In this document: in pieces, positions 17,716-26,157 of the stretch
Layout of the letters: every line of letters begins with the position of its first letter
Numbering within the stretch: the stretch's first letter is position 1
IMG/VR virus record: IMGVR_UViG_3300017782_000052
Source: a virus
Direction: 5' to 3' (one strand)
DNA length: 40,962 nt
Translations under genes and position numbers: made by a program
Notes under the pieces: generated by a model
What the model was told of the DNA's origin: nothing
What the model saw: only the letters and a program-made list of their open reading frames with translations
Database searches by the model: none

Positions 17716-19609
17716 TGTCTACCAACTCACATGCACCTGCTGTACAGGCTAATGTTTGGCTACCAGAAGTAGTATCTTCCTTCTCATACAGGGATAAAGC
17801 AGTCCAGTCAATAGCTTCAGGCATCTGCTTTTTAAATTCCTCGTACTGTTCCTTGTCAATCTCTTGATAGGGAGCTTGAGCATACGTGTGGTCACTGTGT
17901 GGTAAGAACGATATACCTGAACATATGTCAAAGTTCTCGTAGACCCATGCACCTACTGCCATCCACTCTGCATCCTTAACTGTAATAGTTACTGATGGTT
18001 TGTGTTCACACCAGTTGAGTGCATAGTTCTTCCACAGTTCTAGCTGTTGTAGTGCAGTCATATCGTTACGAGTAACAGCACCAGATGGTGACTTAGTAGG
18101 AAAGCTAAACACTGTAGTAGAATCAGGCTTCATCACACACGGTTCAGCAGGGATACCACTGTCCTTCATAAACTGTGTTAGTGGGTCTTTGTTATCGCCA
18201 CGTACAGTGCGGATGTAGTACTCACTGTGTCGTGCATGAATACCTGAAGCTGTATCCGTTAACTGTGATACAGTACCTGATGGTTTGACACAAGTAATAG
18301 CAGCAGAAGTAGGTACACCTAGTTTGTCAGCATAGATACGGTTGACATCAACGGCATGTTCTTTTAATTTTTTCAACCATATTGAACTGTCGGTAGTCTT
18401 AGATAGTAAGTAGTTATCCATGATACCTGTTAGTGATACACCAAGCAGACGCTCTTCTTCTGTATTCTTCTGCCATATCTTACGTAAGTAAGGCATCTTA
18501 GTAAAGGTAGACTGTGCTGTACCAAGGATAGTAGCTATTCGTACCTTACGGCGTAGGCTTTCTAGGTCATCACCGTGCCTAACAACCACCTCTGTTAGAT
18601 TACAGAATTGATAAGGGCGAAGGATAATCTCAGAACAAGGGTTAGTTCCCCACTCATGTCCTGTCTCTCTACGTCCATTCATCTTAACGTGCTTGTCTGC
18701 TGCTACACGTGAGAAGATACCACGTTCACCAGACTTAGATTCTACAAGAGACAACCACTCACGCATGAACCCTTCCATATCAGGCTTATCTGTGTAGGCT
18801 ACAGAGTTATTAGCCAACGCACGTTGACCCTCGTTCTCCCACCATTGACCTGACTTAGCGTGTGCCATGCGTCCGTCACTAAGGTTAGACAGGCTAATCA
18901 TAGCTGAACGGCGAACACCACCCACTACCACAACCTCACCAATCTTACACATAATGTCGTGACACTCAATGCTGGTCAGCTTACGTCCTGCTGCTGCCTT
19001 AAACTTATCTACCACAAAGTTAAACAAGTCATTCAGTGGTTCAGGGCCACTAGCCCTACCACCAAAAGTCTTGAGCCTAGCACCTGCTGGCCTGATCTTA
19101 GACAAGTCCCACTTAGGAATGTCACCTGAGTACAGGTGTGATAGCAGCTTATGCAATGCCCTAGCCCAGCCTTCCTTGCTGTCCTTGACTGAAATGATGT
19201 CATCACTTATTTCTAGTGTATCAGGTACATCAGGAAGCTTGGCAATAGACTGACGTTCTACACTAAAGCCAACACCAGTACCACACAGTAGAATAAACAT
19301 AGCCTCATCAAAGGCACGTATGTGGTCTACTGGCAGGTAGCTACAGTTGTAGATGCAGGTGTTGTCACGGTCTGCTGCTACCCCTGCTGTCATCAAGGCT
19401 CTCATGCTGGGCATAACTTCAAGGTTGAGAATAGCTTCCTCAATTTCTTTTAGGTCTTTAGCAGGTAGGCCAGTGGTAGCAATGTAATTGATGTATCGTT
19501 GTACTGTCTCAGGCCAAGTCTCTCGCCTGTTCTCATCCTCTAACCATCGTGCGTACCTGCTAGTAGCAATAAATGTTTGGTAGTCTGTTGGTAAGTAGTT
19601 GCTACTCAT
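17711..19609 (-). CDS. Ribonucleotide reductase catalytic chain; probably class II-like (NrdJ-type), since I saw no beta-subunit gene in the genome.
   Basis: 632 aa. It contains TNPCSEIIL (the NPC.E catalytic-Cys motif of class I/II RNRs), GTGVGFS, and a C-terminal cysteine pair, CTAGAC. Confidence 0.75.
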   Translation of the reverse strand: MSSNYLPTDYQTFIATSRYARWLEDENRRETWPETVQRYINYIATTGLPAKDLKEIEEAILNLEVMPSMRALMTAGVAADRDNTCIYNCSYLPVDHIRAFDEAMFILLCGTGVGFSVERQSIAKLPDVPDTLEISDDIISVKDSKEGWARALHKLLSHLYSGDIPKWDLSKIRPAGARLKTFGGRASGPEPLNDLFNFVVDKFKAAAGRKLTSIECHDIMCKIGEVVVVGGVRRSAMISLSNLSDGRMAHAKSGQWWENEGQRALANNSVAYTDKPDMEGFMREWLSLVESKSGERGIFSRVAADKHVKMNGRRETGHEWGTNPCSEIILRPYQFCNLTEVVVRHGDDLESLRRKVRIATILGTAQSTFTKMPYLRKIWQKNTEEERLLGVSLTGIMDNYLLSKTTDSSIWLKKLKEHAVDVNRIYADKLGVPTSAAITCVKPSGTVSQLTDTASGIHARHSEYYIRTVRGDNKDPLTQFMKDSGIPAEPCVMKPDSTTVFSFPTKSPSGAVTRNDMTALQQLELWKNYALNWCEHKPSVTITVKDAEWMAVGAWVYENFDICSGISFLPHSDHTYAQAPYQEIDKEQYEEFKKQMPEAIDWTALSLYEKEDTTSGSQTLACTAGACELVDI

Positions 19610-19929
19610 CTATCGTCACCCTCTCCGTGTAGTGTTCCAGCTTCTTGTCGCTTCTTTAGTTTTTCTATGTTCATCTCTGCAATAGTCTGTAGTGATAGAC
19701 CACAGTCATGTGCTAATGCAGCCAACATCCACAGTACGTCACCCATCTCTGCTGCAATAGCTTGCTTCTGATCCTGCATTGGTATCCCATCACGCATAAT
19801 CTTAGCAATCTTACCTGCTGTCTCACCAGCCTCTTCAGCTAGACCCAAGGCAGGGTATGAGATAGCATATTTCTTAGGGTACACGGCTGTCTTTAACGCA
19901 CCTATCTGGTACTCATAGAAGTTTATCAT
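19606..19929 (-). CDS. mazG: MazG-like nucleoside triphosphate pyrophosphohydrolase.
   Basis: GLAEEAGETAGKIAKIMRDG...EMGDVLWMLAALA...NIEKLKKR matches the EE.GE...K / E.GD.LW MazG pattern. Confidence 0.8.
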   Translation of the reverse strand: MINFYEYQIGALKTAVYPKKYAISYPALGLAEEAGETAGKIAKIMRDGIPMQDQKQAIAAEMGDVLWMLAALAHDCGLSLQTIAEMNIEKLKKRQEAGTLHGEGDDR

Positions 19930-20243
19930 TACCAGTTCACTCCATCTGTTTTCTTCATTAGTTCTATCATCTTATCTAGATACCATCTGGCTTTTTCAGC
20001 ATCCTGAATAGGATTATCCTTGTTCCATAGGCGTGAGCCTAGATACTTTAGTACCTGTGCATGTGCCACTGATATAGATTCATACTCACCAATCACATCT
20101 ACAATGTAATCCCAAGTCTCAATCTTACCTGTGGTGTAATGTTCTGGACTGTTAACCATGTCATCAATGCGTGGCTGTTCTGTGTTAGCTAAGTCTTTCA
20201 TGTAAGCCTCATGTCTTATTGGGATACCGAAGCTGGTTTCCAT
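19929..20243 (-). CDS. DUF3310-like phage protein.
   Basis: VNSPEHYTTGKIETWDYI...VLKYLGSRLWNKD...DAEKARWYL fits the P.HY...IE..D / KY..R / KA.WYL pattern of that family (from memory). Confidence 0.55.
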   Translation of the reverse strand: METSFGIPIRHEAYMKDLANTEQPRIDDMVNSPEHYTTGKIETWDYIVDVIGEYESISVAHAQVLKYLGSRLWNKDNPIQDAEKARWYLDKMIELMKKTDGVNW

Positions 20244-20944
20244 AGCTTTACTTCTCCTGTATCTGTATCGTACTCACCGTTGCGTAGAATACGTGCTAGT
20301 CGTGCGTTCTCTAGGGCTACTTCTTCAGATAGACCTTTACTCTTAAACGCAGTAACCACTGTATCCCAGCCACAACCAGATGATAAAAGTTTATTAGCAG
20401 TCTTGGGGCCAACAGTTGGACAGCCGCTATAGTTATCTGTACTATCCCCAACCAGAGTTTGGTAAGCGAAATTGTAGTTAGCCTCTGCTTCAGAGATTGT
20501 AACCACTTCGCCGTTAATCCAGTGCCTTGCTGGTATAGTGAGTAGGTCTTTGTCTTCAGACCAGATAATAGTGTCAGGGTTTGATGTACCCAATATTCCA
20601 AGAACATCATCAGCTTCTAGTCTCCTATATATAACTGTATTGTATTCGCTCATCATAAACTCTCTAGCCCATGTGAGCAGCATAGGTTTACGAGTGTTCT
20701 TCCTGTTAGCCTTGTAGTGTGGGGCTAACTCTTTACGAAAGTTTTCTTTATCTGACAAAGCCACGATGCAATCTTTTACAGGTGCTTCATCAACCAGCTT
20801 TTGTATCTGGTCTTTGATACGTATCGCTACGTCAGATTCAAAACTATGCAGTGTCCACAGACCATCACCCCAATCAATGGATGTCTCTGCTGATGCTGCC
20901 GCTTTGTATGCTATGATGTCACCATCAATAAGCAGTAGGGTCAT
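20216..20944 (-). CDS. 5'-3' exonuclease (FEN/PIN type), T7 gp6-like.
   Basis: LLIDGDIIAYKAA, HYKANRK, LEADDVLGILG, DKDLLTIP, GDSTDNYSGCPTVG and ARILRNGEY parallel T7 gp6 (VMDGDWLVFQA, NYKANRK, LEGDDVMGVIA, DKDFKTIP, GDITDGYSGIAGWG, ARILRFNEY). Confidence 0.9.
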   Translation of the reverse strand: MTLLLIDGDIIAYKAAASAETSIDWGDGLWTLHSFESDVAIRIKDQIQKLVDEAPVKDCIVALSDKENFRKELAPHYKANRKNTRKPMLLTWAREFMMSEYNTVIYRRLEADDVLGILGTSNPDTIIWSEDKDLLTIPARHWINGEVVTISEAEANYNFAYQTLVGDSTDNYSGCPTVGPKTANKLLSSGCGWDTVVTAFKSKGLSEEVALENARLARILRNGEYDTDTGEVKLWKPASVSQ

Positions 20945-21107
20945 CGTTTATATCCTCTTCTTTCTCAGTCTTGCGTAGTATGCGTAGTCCTGTTTGTACC
21001 TGTATGTAATCTAGGTAAGCTTCCACAATCCACTTAACACTTAGGCATATGCTTACACTCAGGAATGAACAGGTTAATATCAGCTTCCATACAAAATCAA
21101 AGTCCAT
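20925..21107 (-). CDS. Small membrane protein (60 aa), hypothetical.
   Basis: ATG with GGAG upstream. It has one hydrophobic segment (KLILTCSFLSVSICLSV) and overlaps both neighbouring genes by 11 and 20 nt. Confidence 0.5.
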   Translation of the reverse strand: MDFDFVWKLILTCSFLSVSICLSVKWIVEAYLDYIQVQTGLRILRKTEKEEDINDDPTAY

Positions 21108-21690
21108 GTTGGATGCACTCCTTTGCCTGTCCTACTGACATCTTGAACCACTCACCCTTACGCTCTGCTATCTTCTCAGCAGCTTTGTGTGCAGCAGCCT
21201 CAGCCTTGCGTCTGTCGTTAGTAGACACAGAGTACCTTACCTTGTAATCACGGAAAGGACTACTGGTTTGATAACCACTACACCTATCCTCTGCATCTAC
21301 AGCCATACCTATCTTAACCCACTCAGGCCACGCTGAGTTAGTAATAATGTAGACCTGCCCCTCAGTACTACGCTCATAGTTTTGAAGACCAGAGAAAGCA
21401 GCTTCATCAAAGGACTTGTATCTACCTGCCTTCCACAAAGGATGGGACTGTGGTACGTACTTACCATTCACAAACATTCTGTTATTATTCTTTTTATTAT
21501 GTGCTGTCACTCTTCGTCTTCCATCAGCCTGTCCATAATACCACCACTCACCATCTTCAAAGACTGTGTTAATGTTAGTGGGTGTCTGACCAGTTGCTTC
21601 CGTACTTGTACTCACTGTCGAGTTGACATCTGAATCTGAAGTGCTGTTCGACATCTCGCATACACTGTTGAATAAGTCTTCCTGTTGCAT
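21097..21690 (-). CDS. T5orf172 / MUG113-type (GIY-YIG clan) domain protein; possibly a homing-endonuclease-like selfish gene. The start codon is uncertain.
   Basis: GQVYIITNSAWPEWVKIGMAVDAEDR...P...AEAAAHKAAEK...GEWFKMS fits G.VYI...KIG...R...E..H...GEWF. The longest ORF overlaps the DNAP 3' end by 116 nt. Alternative ATGs lie at 21654 and 21480. Confidence 0.6.
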   Translation of the reverse strand: MQQEDLFNSVCEMSNSTSDSDVNSTVSTSTEATGQTPTNINTVFEDGEWWYYGQADGRRRVTAHNKKNNNRMFVNGKYVPQSHPLWKAGRYKSFDEAAFSGLQNYERSTEGQVYIITNSAWPEWVKIGMAVDAEDRCSGYQTSSPFRDYKVRYSVSTNDRRKAEAAAHKAAEKIAERKGEWFKMSVGQAKECIQHGL

Positions 21691-23281
21691 CCTCTTGTCC
21701 CTTCTTTACTACTACCTGAACTTCATCATGGATGAACGCTACAATCTGTGCGTCCAAGTTTGCTTTCTTGATAGCACGTGCAATGAACACATACCATGTC
21801 TTACAGATTATAGCACCAGCACTTTGTAGTAAAGTGTTGAGTGCAGCATGACTATGCCTGATTGGAATGATACGTCCATCCAATCCCTTGACCCAGCCAC
21901 GCTCGTCAGCAGCTTTGGACACTGCATCCTTTAGATACTTGAGGGCAGGTAGCTTAGATAAGAACTTCTTCTTGATAGCCTTACCTTCCTTCGCACCCTT
22001 GCCTATGATCTTGCCTGTCTTCTCATCACCTGAACCATACAGGAATCCATAGATGAATGTCTTGGCATTAGAACGTGTAGGTAAACCAGCAGCTTCCTGA
22101 TTCTGTGTGTGTATGTCACCACTAACTACTGTGGTAGCATAGGCACCATCGTCATAAGCTGCCATATAATGACCAAGGCACCGCAACTCAAGGCCAGAAG
22201 CATCAGCCCCCAAGAGACTGTAGCCAGCAGGTGCTTTGAATAAGGCTCTACACTCCTCACCATAAGGCGCACCAACACTAGGAACTTGAGCCATGTTGGG
22301 GTTGCTGTGTGTACACCTAGACGTGACAGCCCCCATGTGATTAACTCTACCATGTAACTTACCACCCTTCTCCATCTTCAGCCAAGCCTGTTTGCCTGTG
22401 GCTATTTGACCTATGCGTTTATTCAGTAGTAGGTATTCGCTCAATAGTCTAGCCTCTGGCATATCAATACCCGACAGCACAGTCTCATCCACCTTAGGTA
22501 TACCAGTGTCAGTAAATACCTTGGGCTTCCAACCCCTGCTCATTAGTCTGTCGCCAATCTGCTGACGTGATGCAGGGTTGAATGGGATAGTCTTGGTCTT
22601 AGTCTTTAACTCTACTATCGTAGGCTCAAAGGTTGCAACCAACTCTGCTTCGATGTCTGCTCTGCGTTGGGCTAGTGTGCTATACAACTCTTGAGCAGCT
22701 TTAACATCAAAGTCAAACCCATGTTCCTGCTGTTGTATCAGCAGTGTGTGTATCTCAGCTTCAAGGTCTAGTGCCTGTTGACTAAAATTTTTTTCAGTAA
22801 TTTTACGATGCAGTTTACCTGTGACTGTTGTGTCTTGGATGCAGTAGTCGAGCATCTCAGGGGTATATGCTGCAAAGCTTTCGCTACCATTATTGAAGTC
22901 ACCTTTTAATTCTCCTAGTCTGTATCCCCATGCCTTGAGGCTATGGCTACCAATTAGTTTCTGTGGTAGTAAACCTTTAGCATGTAGCTTGAAGTCAATC
23001 TCTTTGACATCAGGCCAGATTGTTCTAGAGTATACCAACGTATCTACAATGTTACCCTTGAAGGTGTAACCGTGTAGCTTTTTAACCACAGGTAAGTCAT
23101 AGCTAGTAATGTTATGACCTATCAAAGTCTTGGCGTTGTCCATAAACTCCAAGGCTTCTTGTGTCTGTGTTGGGTCAAAGGTGTGAACCTCATCTGTGTG
23201 TACATCCCTAAAGACATGACACCATATCTGTGTCACCTCTTCTAATAGGTTGTCTGATTCTAAGTCCCATATATATTCCAT
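21575..23281 (-). CDS. DNA polymerase, family A, T7 gp5-like, with an N-terminal 3'-5' exonuclease.
   Basis: MEYIWDLESDNLLE (Exo I), DASGLELR (motif A), RSNAKTFIYGFLYGSG (motif B), FIHDEV (motif C), and the end FRCQLDSEYKYGSNWSDTH versus T7 FRCLLDTEGKMGPNWAICH. I chose the ATG at 23281 (GGAG Shine-Dalgarno) over the track's GTG at 23296. Confidence 0.92.
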   Translation of the reverse strand: MEYIWDLESDNLLEEVTQIWCHVFRDVHTDEVHTFDPTQTQEALEFMDNAKTLIGHNITSYDLPVVKKLHGYTFKGNIVDTLVYSRTIWPDVKEIDFKLHAKGLLPQKLIGSHSLKAWGYRLGELKGDFNNGSESFAAYTPEMLDYCIQDTTVTGKLHRKITEKNFSQQALDLEAEIHTLLIQQQEHGFDFDVKAAQELYSTLAQRRADIEAELVATFEPTIVELKTKTKTIPFNPASRQQIGDRLMSRGWKPKVFTDTGIPKVDETVLSGIDMPEARLLSEYLLLNKRIGQIATGKQAWLKMEKGGKLHGRVNHMGAVTSRCTHSNPNMAQVPSVGAPYGEECRALFKAPAGYSLLGADASGLELRCLGHYMAAYDDGAYATTVVSGDIHTQNQEAAGLPTRSNAKTFIYGFLYGSGDEKTGKIIGKGAKEGKAIKKKFLSKLPALKYLKDAVSKAADERGWVKGLDGRIIPIRHSHAALNTLLQSAGAIICKTWYVFIARAIKKANLDAQIVAFIHDEVQVVVKKGQEDATGRLIQQCMRDVEQHFRFRCQLDSEYKYGSNWSDTH

Positions 23282-23299
23282 GCTGTGTCTCCGCACTAG

Positions 23300-24904
23300 C
23301 TAAAATTCTATGTCGTCATCTTCCTCAGAGAAGTAAGCCTCAGTCATGCGTCCTGTCTCTGCCGTATATTCTAATGAGCAACATAATCCTGTATCGCCAG
23401 ACCATCTGTTCTTCAACACCCTGACCTGACTAACGTGTGGGTTCTTCTTGTCTTGTTGGTTCCTTTCTAATCCTATTACGATGTCACTAAGCTGACCGAT
23501 TGCAGCACTACCACGTAGTTGTGACATGCTAGTCTGTGCGCCATCCTCATGTCCTCTGTCACCAGAGGGACGCTTGAGGTGTGAGATGAGGATCATACCA
23601 CAGTTCAACTCTTCAACCAAAGCACGAAGCTTGGTCATAGTGTTGTCAATAATCCTACGCTCATCACCCCCTTCCATACCAGATACAACGATACTAATAT
23701 GGTCAAGGATAATATAGTGGCAGCCGCAACCACGAACAAGATAGCGTATCTTGGATAGAAGATTATCGCTATCAGTGCTGCCCCAATGGTCATACAGGTA
23801 AACCCTGCCAGAACCAACTGTAGCATCGAAAGCATTACGCATCTCCTCTTCAGGTACATCATTGTTGTGTAGGTGTAGTGGCTTGTTGAGTTCGATGGAC
23901 ATCAGGCCTAGAGCAGTACGCTTGACGTTTTCCTCTAGTGCTATATATCCAATAGTCTCCCCATGTTTGATAAAGTTATGGGCAAACTCTCTAGCCAACT
24001 GTGACTTACCAATACCTGACCCTGCTGTAAGCGTTACAATCTCACCCTTACGACAACCACCAGTCTTCATCTGTACCCCAGCATATGGGTAGGCTACTGA
24101 AACCTTGTCATCATTCTTGATTACAATGTCCCATACATCCGTACCTGCTACGATACCATCTGGTCTAAAGGTCTTGGCTTCCCACATACAGTCAAGCAAT
24201 TCCCTAACACGTCCAGCCACCAGCATTTCGTTGGCATCCTTTAGTGGTAGGGTAGCTATCCTACACTTGTTGGGTGGTAGCACAGAGGCACATTCTTTAG
24301 CTGCCCTCTGTCCTGCCTCATCGTTGTCGAACATAAGTACAACGTACTCGTAGTTGGACAACCATTCGATGGCCTTGCCTACTGCTTTCTTGGCTGACGT
24401 ACAGCCAGAGGGCAGTGAAACCACAGGCCACTTGTGGTCTAGTGCTTGGCTAAGAGAGAGGGCATCTAGTTCCCCCTCTGTGATAGTAACAAACTTACCA
24501 CTATCACGCCACAGGTGTTCGCCGTACAGTGCTACGTCTTTAAGATTACCAATGACAGAGAAGTCTTTGTTAAGGAATCGTACCTTCTGTGCCTTCAGTT
24601 CACCATCACGACTACGGTAGTTAGCTACCTGTACTGTCTGACCTTTGTAAGATGAGACACCATAGCCCCAAACCTTACAGGTCTTTTCAGTGATACCACG
24701 CTTGGCTAGTTCTTGAAACCCCAAGTCGAGGAATACTGTACCATCTGTCTCAAACATAGCTACTGCCTCATCTGTTTTATCAGCAGGGGTCAGTGTCTCA
24801 CAAGAGAAGCAGAAGTGATTACCGTCTGCATACAAAGCATTGGCATCACTACTGCCGCAGTGAGGACAGGCTTCATGCCTAATGAACTCACTATCCTCTT
24901 GCAT
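23300..24904 (-). CDS. Bifunctional primase-helicase, T7 gp4-like.
   Basis: It has an N-terminal zinc ribbon CPHCGSSD..CFSC, a TOPRIM-like region (EGELDALS, FDNDEAG), Walker A GSGIGKS and Walker B ILDHIS. Confidence 0.9.
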   Translation of the reverse strand: MQEDSEFIRHEACPHCGSSDANALYADGNHFCFSCETLTPADKTDEAVAMFETDGTVFLDLGFQELAKRGITEKTCKVWGYGVSSYKGQTVQVANYRSRDGELKAQKVRFLNKDFSVIGNLKDVALYGEHLWRDSGKFVTITEGELDALSLSQALDHKWPVVSLPSGCTSAKKAVGKAIEWLSNYEYVVLMFDNDEAGQRAAKECASVLPPNKCRIATLPLKDANEMLVAGRVRELLDCMWEAKTFRPDGIVAGTDVWDIVIKNDDKVSVAYPYAGVQMKTGGCRKGEIVTLTAGSGIGKSQLAREFAHNFIKHGETIGYIALEENVKRTALGLMSIELNKPLHLHNNDVPEEEMRNAFDATVGSGRVYLYDHWGSTDSDNLLSKIRYLVRGCGCHYIILDHISIVVSGMEGGDERRIIDNTMTKLRALVEELNCGMILISHLKRPSGDRGHEDGAQTSMSQLRGSAAIGQLSDIVIGLERNQQDKKNPHVSQVRVLKNRWSGDTGLCCSLEYTAETGRMTEAYFSEEDDDIEF

Positions 24905-25142
24905 CCAACTCTTCCTCTAAGATTGTAGCCATCATACGTAACCCATCTGCAATTCTAGATAGCTCAGGATCAGGGTACTTATCAGCATCATGGCACATCA
25001 TGTAAGCCATGTCATCATAGTCTACTTCTTCTTTAAGTTCCACGTCATCCATATAGACTGAGAAACTTAGACCATGCTTAGTAAACTCAGCCTGTAGGTC
25101 AACCTCAGATACAATCTCTTCTGCTGTATCTATGATACTCAT
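24891..25142 (-). CDS. Highly acidic small protein (83 aa), hypothetical.
   Basis: The ATG at 25142 overlaps the endonuclease TGA as ATGA, with AAGGAG upstream. I count about 23 D/E against about 6 K/R. Confidence 0.6.
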   Translation of the reverse strand: MSIIDTAEEIVSEVDLQAEFTKHGLSFSVYMDDVELKEEVDYDDMAYMMCHDADKYPDPELSRIADGLRMMATILEEELDARG

Positions 25143-25504
25143 AACAACCACTCCTTAGGTACTGTACTCTCTGCCCATTGAAAACCATTACGGTCTGCCC
25201 ATTCTTTACAGGTCATCTTGCTTCCATCCTTACGCTTCTTGGCACCCTGTATTGTAGCACTGGCGTTTTGGAATATAAACCTGATGTCCAACTCTGGATG
25301 TTGTGCCTTGACAGCCTTCATCTTTCGTTGGGCATCCTGTCTGAAGTATCCCTTTAGTTCTACAATCATTGTACCTACTGCTAGGTCAGGGATGTAGTGA
25401 CGTTCCACATAGTAGGCCAGCTTCTCTGGTTCATACTTATATGAAACGCCACGTTCATCAAGGTCACTGATGACCCTCGCCTCAAAAGTCCCCTTCGTTG
25501 GCAT
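25139..25504 (-). CDS. Endonuclease I (Holliday-junction resolvase), T7 gp3-like.
   Basis: FEARVISDLDERGVSYKYE...YIPDL...ELKGYF...KAQHPELDIRFIFQN...WADRNGFQWA...PKEW parallels T7 gp3 (LEDKVSKQLESKGIKFEYE...YTPDF...ETKGLW...REQHPELDIRIVFSS...FCEKHGIKFA...PAEW). Confidence 0.9.
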   Translation of the reverse strand: MPTKGTFEARVISDLDERGVSYKYEPEKLAYYVERHYIPDLAVGTMIVELKGYFRQDAQRKMKAVKAQHPELDIRFIFQNASATIQGAKKRKDGSKMTCKEWADRNGFQWAESTVPKEWLL

Positions 25505-26102
25505 TGGCTACACCGTCCTCGTTACCGAATACATCTGCTGCATTATCTTTCGATACTGCTGCTGACACATAGCCTTCCTCTTCATCAAAGATAGCTGATG
25601 AATTGCTGGCGTACTCGACAAGGTTGATAACCTGCACTGCTTTAAGACGTAGTGATACACCCACTTGCTTAGTTGATTGCATCACATAGGGGATAGGTTC
25701 AGCCGCTACATTAACGAGTGATCCATTACCTACAAGAACATTCTGTGTCATAGGTGTGCGCTTGGCATCTACAACCATAGGCTTTTGTTCAAAGGTCTGA
25801 CCGTCACGTGACTTAACACGTGCCTTCAGTTTAGTCTTGAAGACAATGTTACCTGTTGGGTTACCGTTGTCGTCAACTTCCTGCTTGTATGATTTACGTG
25901 TGGACAGGACAGTCTTTAGTTTTGGATTGTCCTTGACAGCTTCTTCAAGCTTGTTCTGAGCCAAGCTATCTAACTGTTCACACACGTCTGCTGCTTGTTC
26001 TTCTGGCAGTGAGACTTCAATAGAGTATTCACCCTCAGGTACAAACTTTGTATCTGGTTCAAATACTTTTGCCCACTGTGCATTACCTTTAATCTTCAGC
26101 AT
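25482..26102 (-). CDS. Single-stranded DNA-binding protein, T7 gp2.5-like.
   Basis: 206 aa, positioned right after the RNAP gene. It has an acidic C-terminal tail ending ...NEDGVANANEGDF, with a terminal Phe as in T7 gp2.5 (...EDGDF). Confidence 0.75.
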   Translation of the reverse strand: MLKIKGNAQWAKVFEPDTKFVPEGEYSIEVSLPEEQAADVCEQLDSLAQNKLEEAVKDNPKLKTVLSTRKSYKQEVDDNGNPTGNIVFKTKLKARVKSRDGQTFEQKPMVVDAKRTPMTQNVLVGNGSLVNVAAEPIPYVMQSTKQVGVSLRLKAVQVINLVEYASNSSAIFDEEEGYVSAAVSKDNAADVFGNEDGVANANEGDF

Positions 26103-26137
26103 ATTTGTAACTCCTGTTCTATGCTAATTATACTTGG

Positions 26138-26155
26138 CTAGGATGTAACTTTAGA
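26138..26155 (-). promoter_or_regulatory. Copy C of the conserved motif; candidate phage promoter immediately after the RNAP gene (phi1.1-like position).
   Basis: Minus strand reads TCTAAAGTTACATCCTAG. It starts 2 nt after the RNAP TGA and lies 35 nt before the SSB ATG. Confidence 0.45.
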
Positions 26156-26157
26156 AA

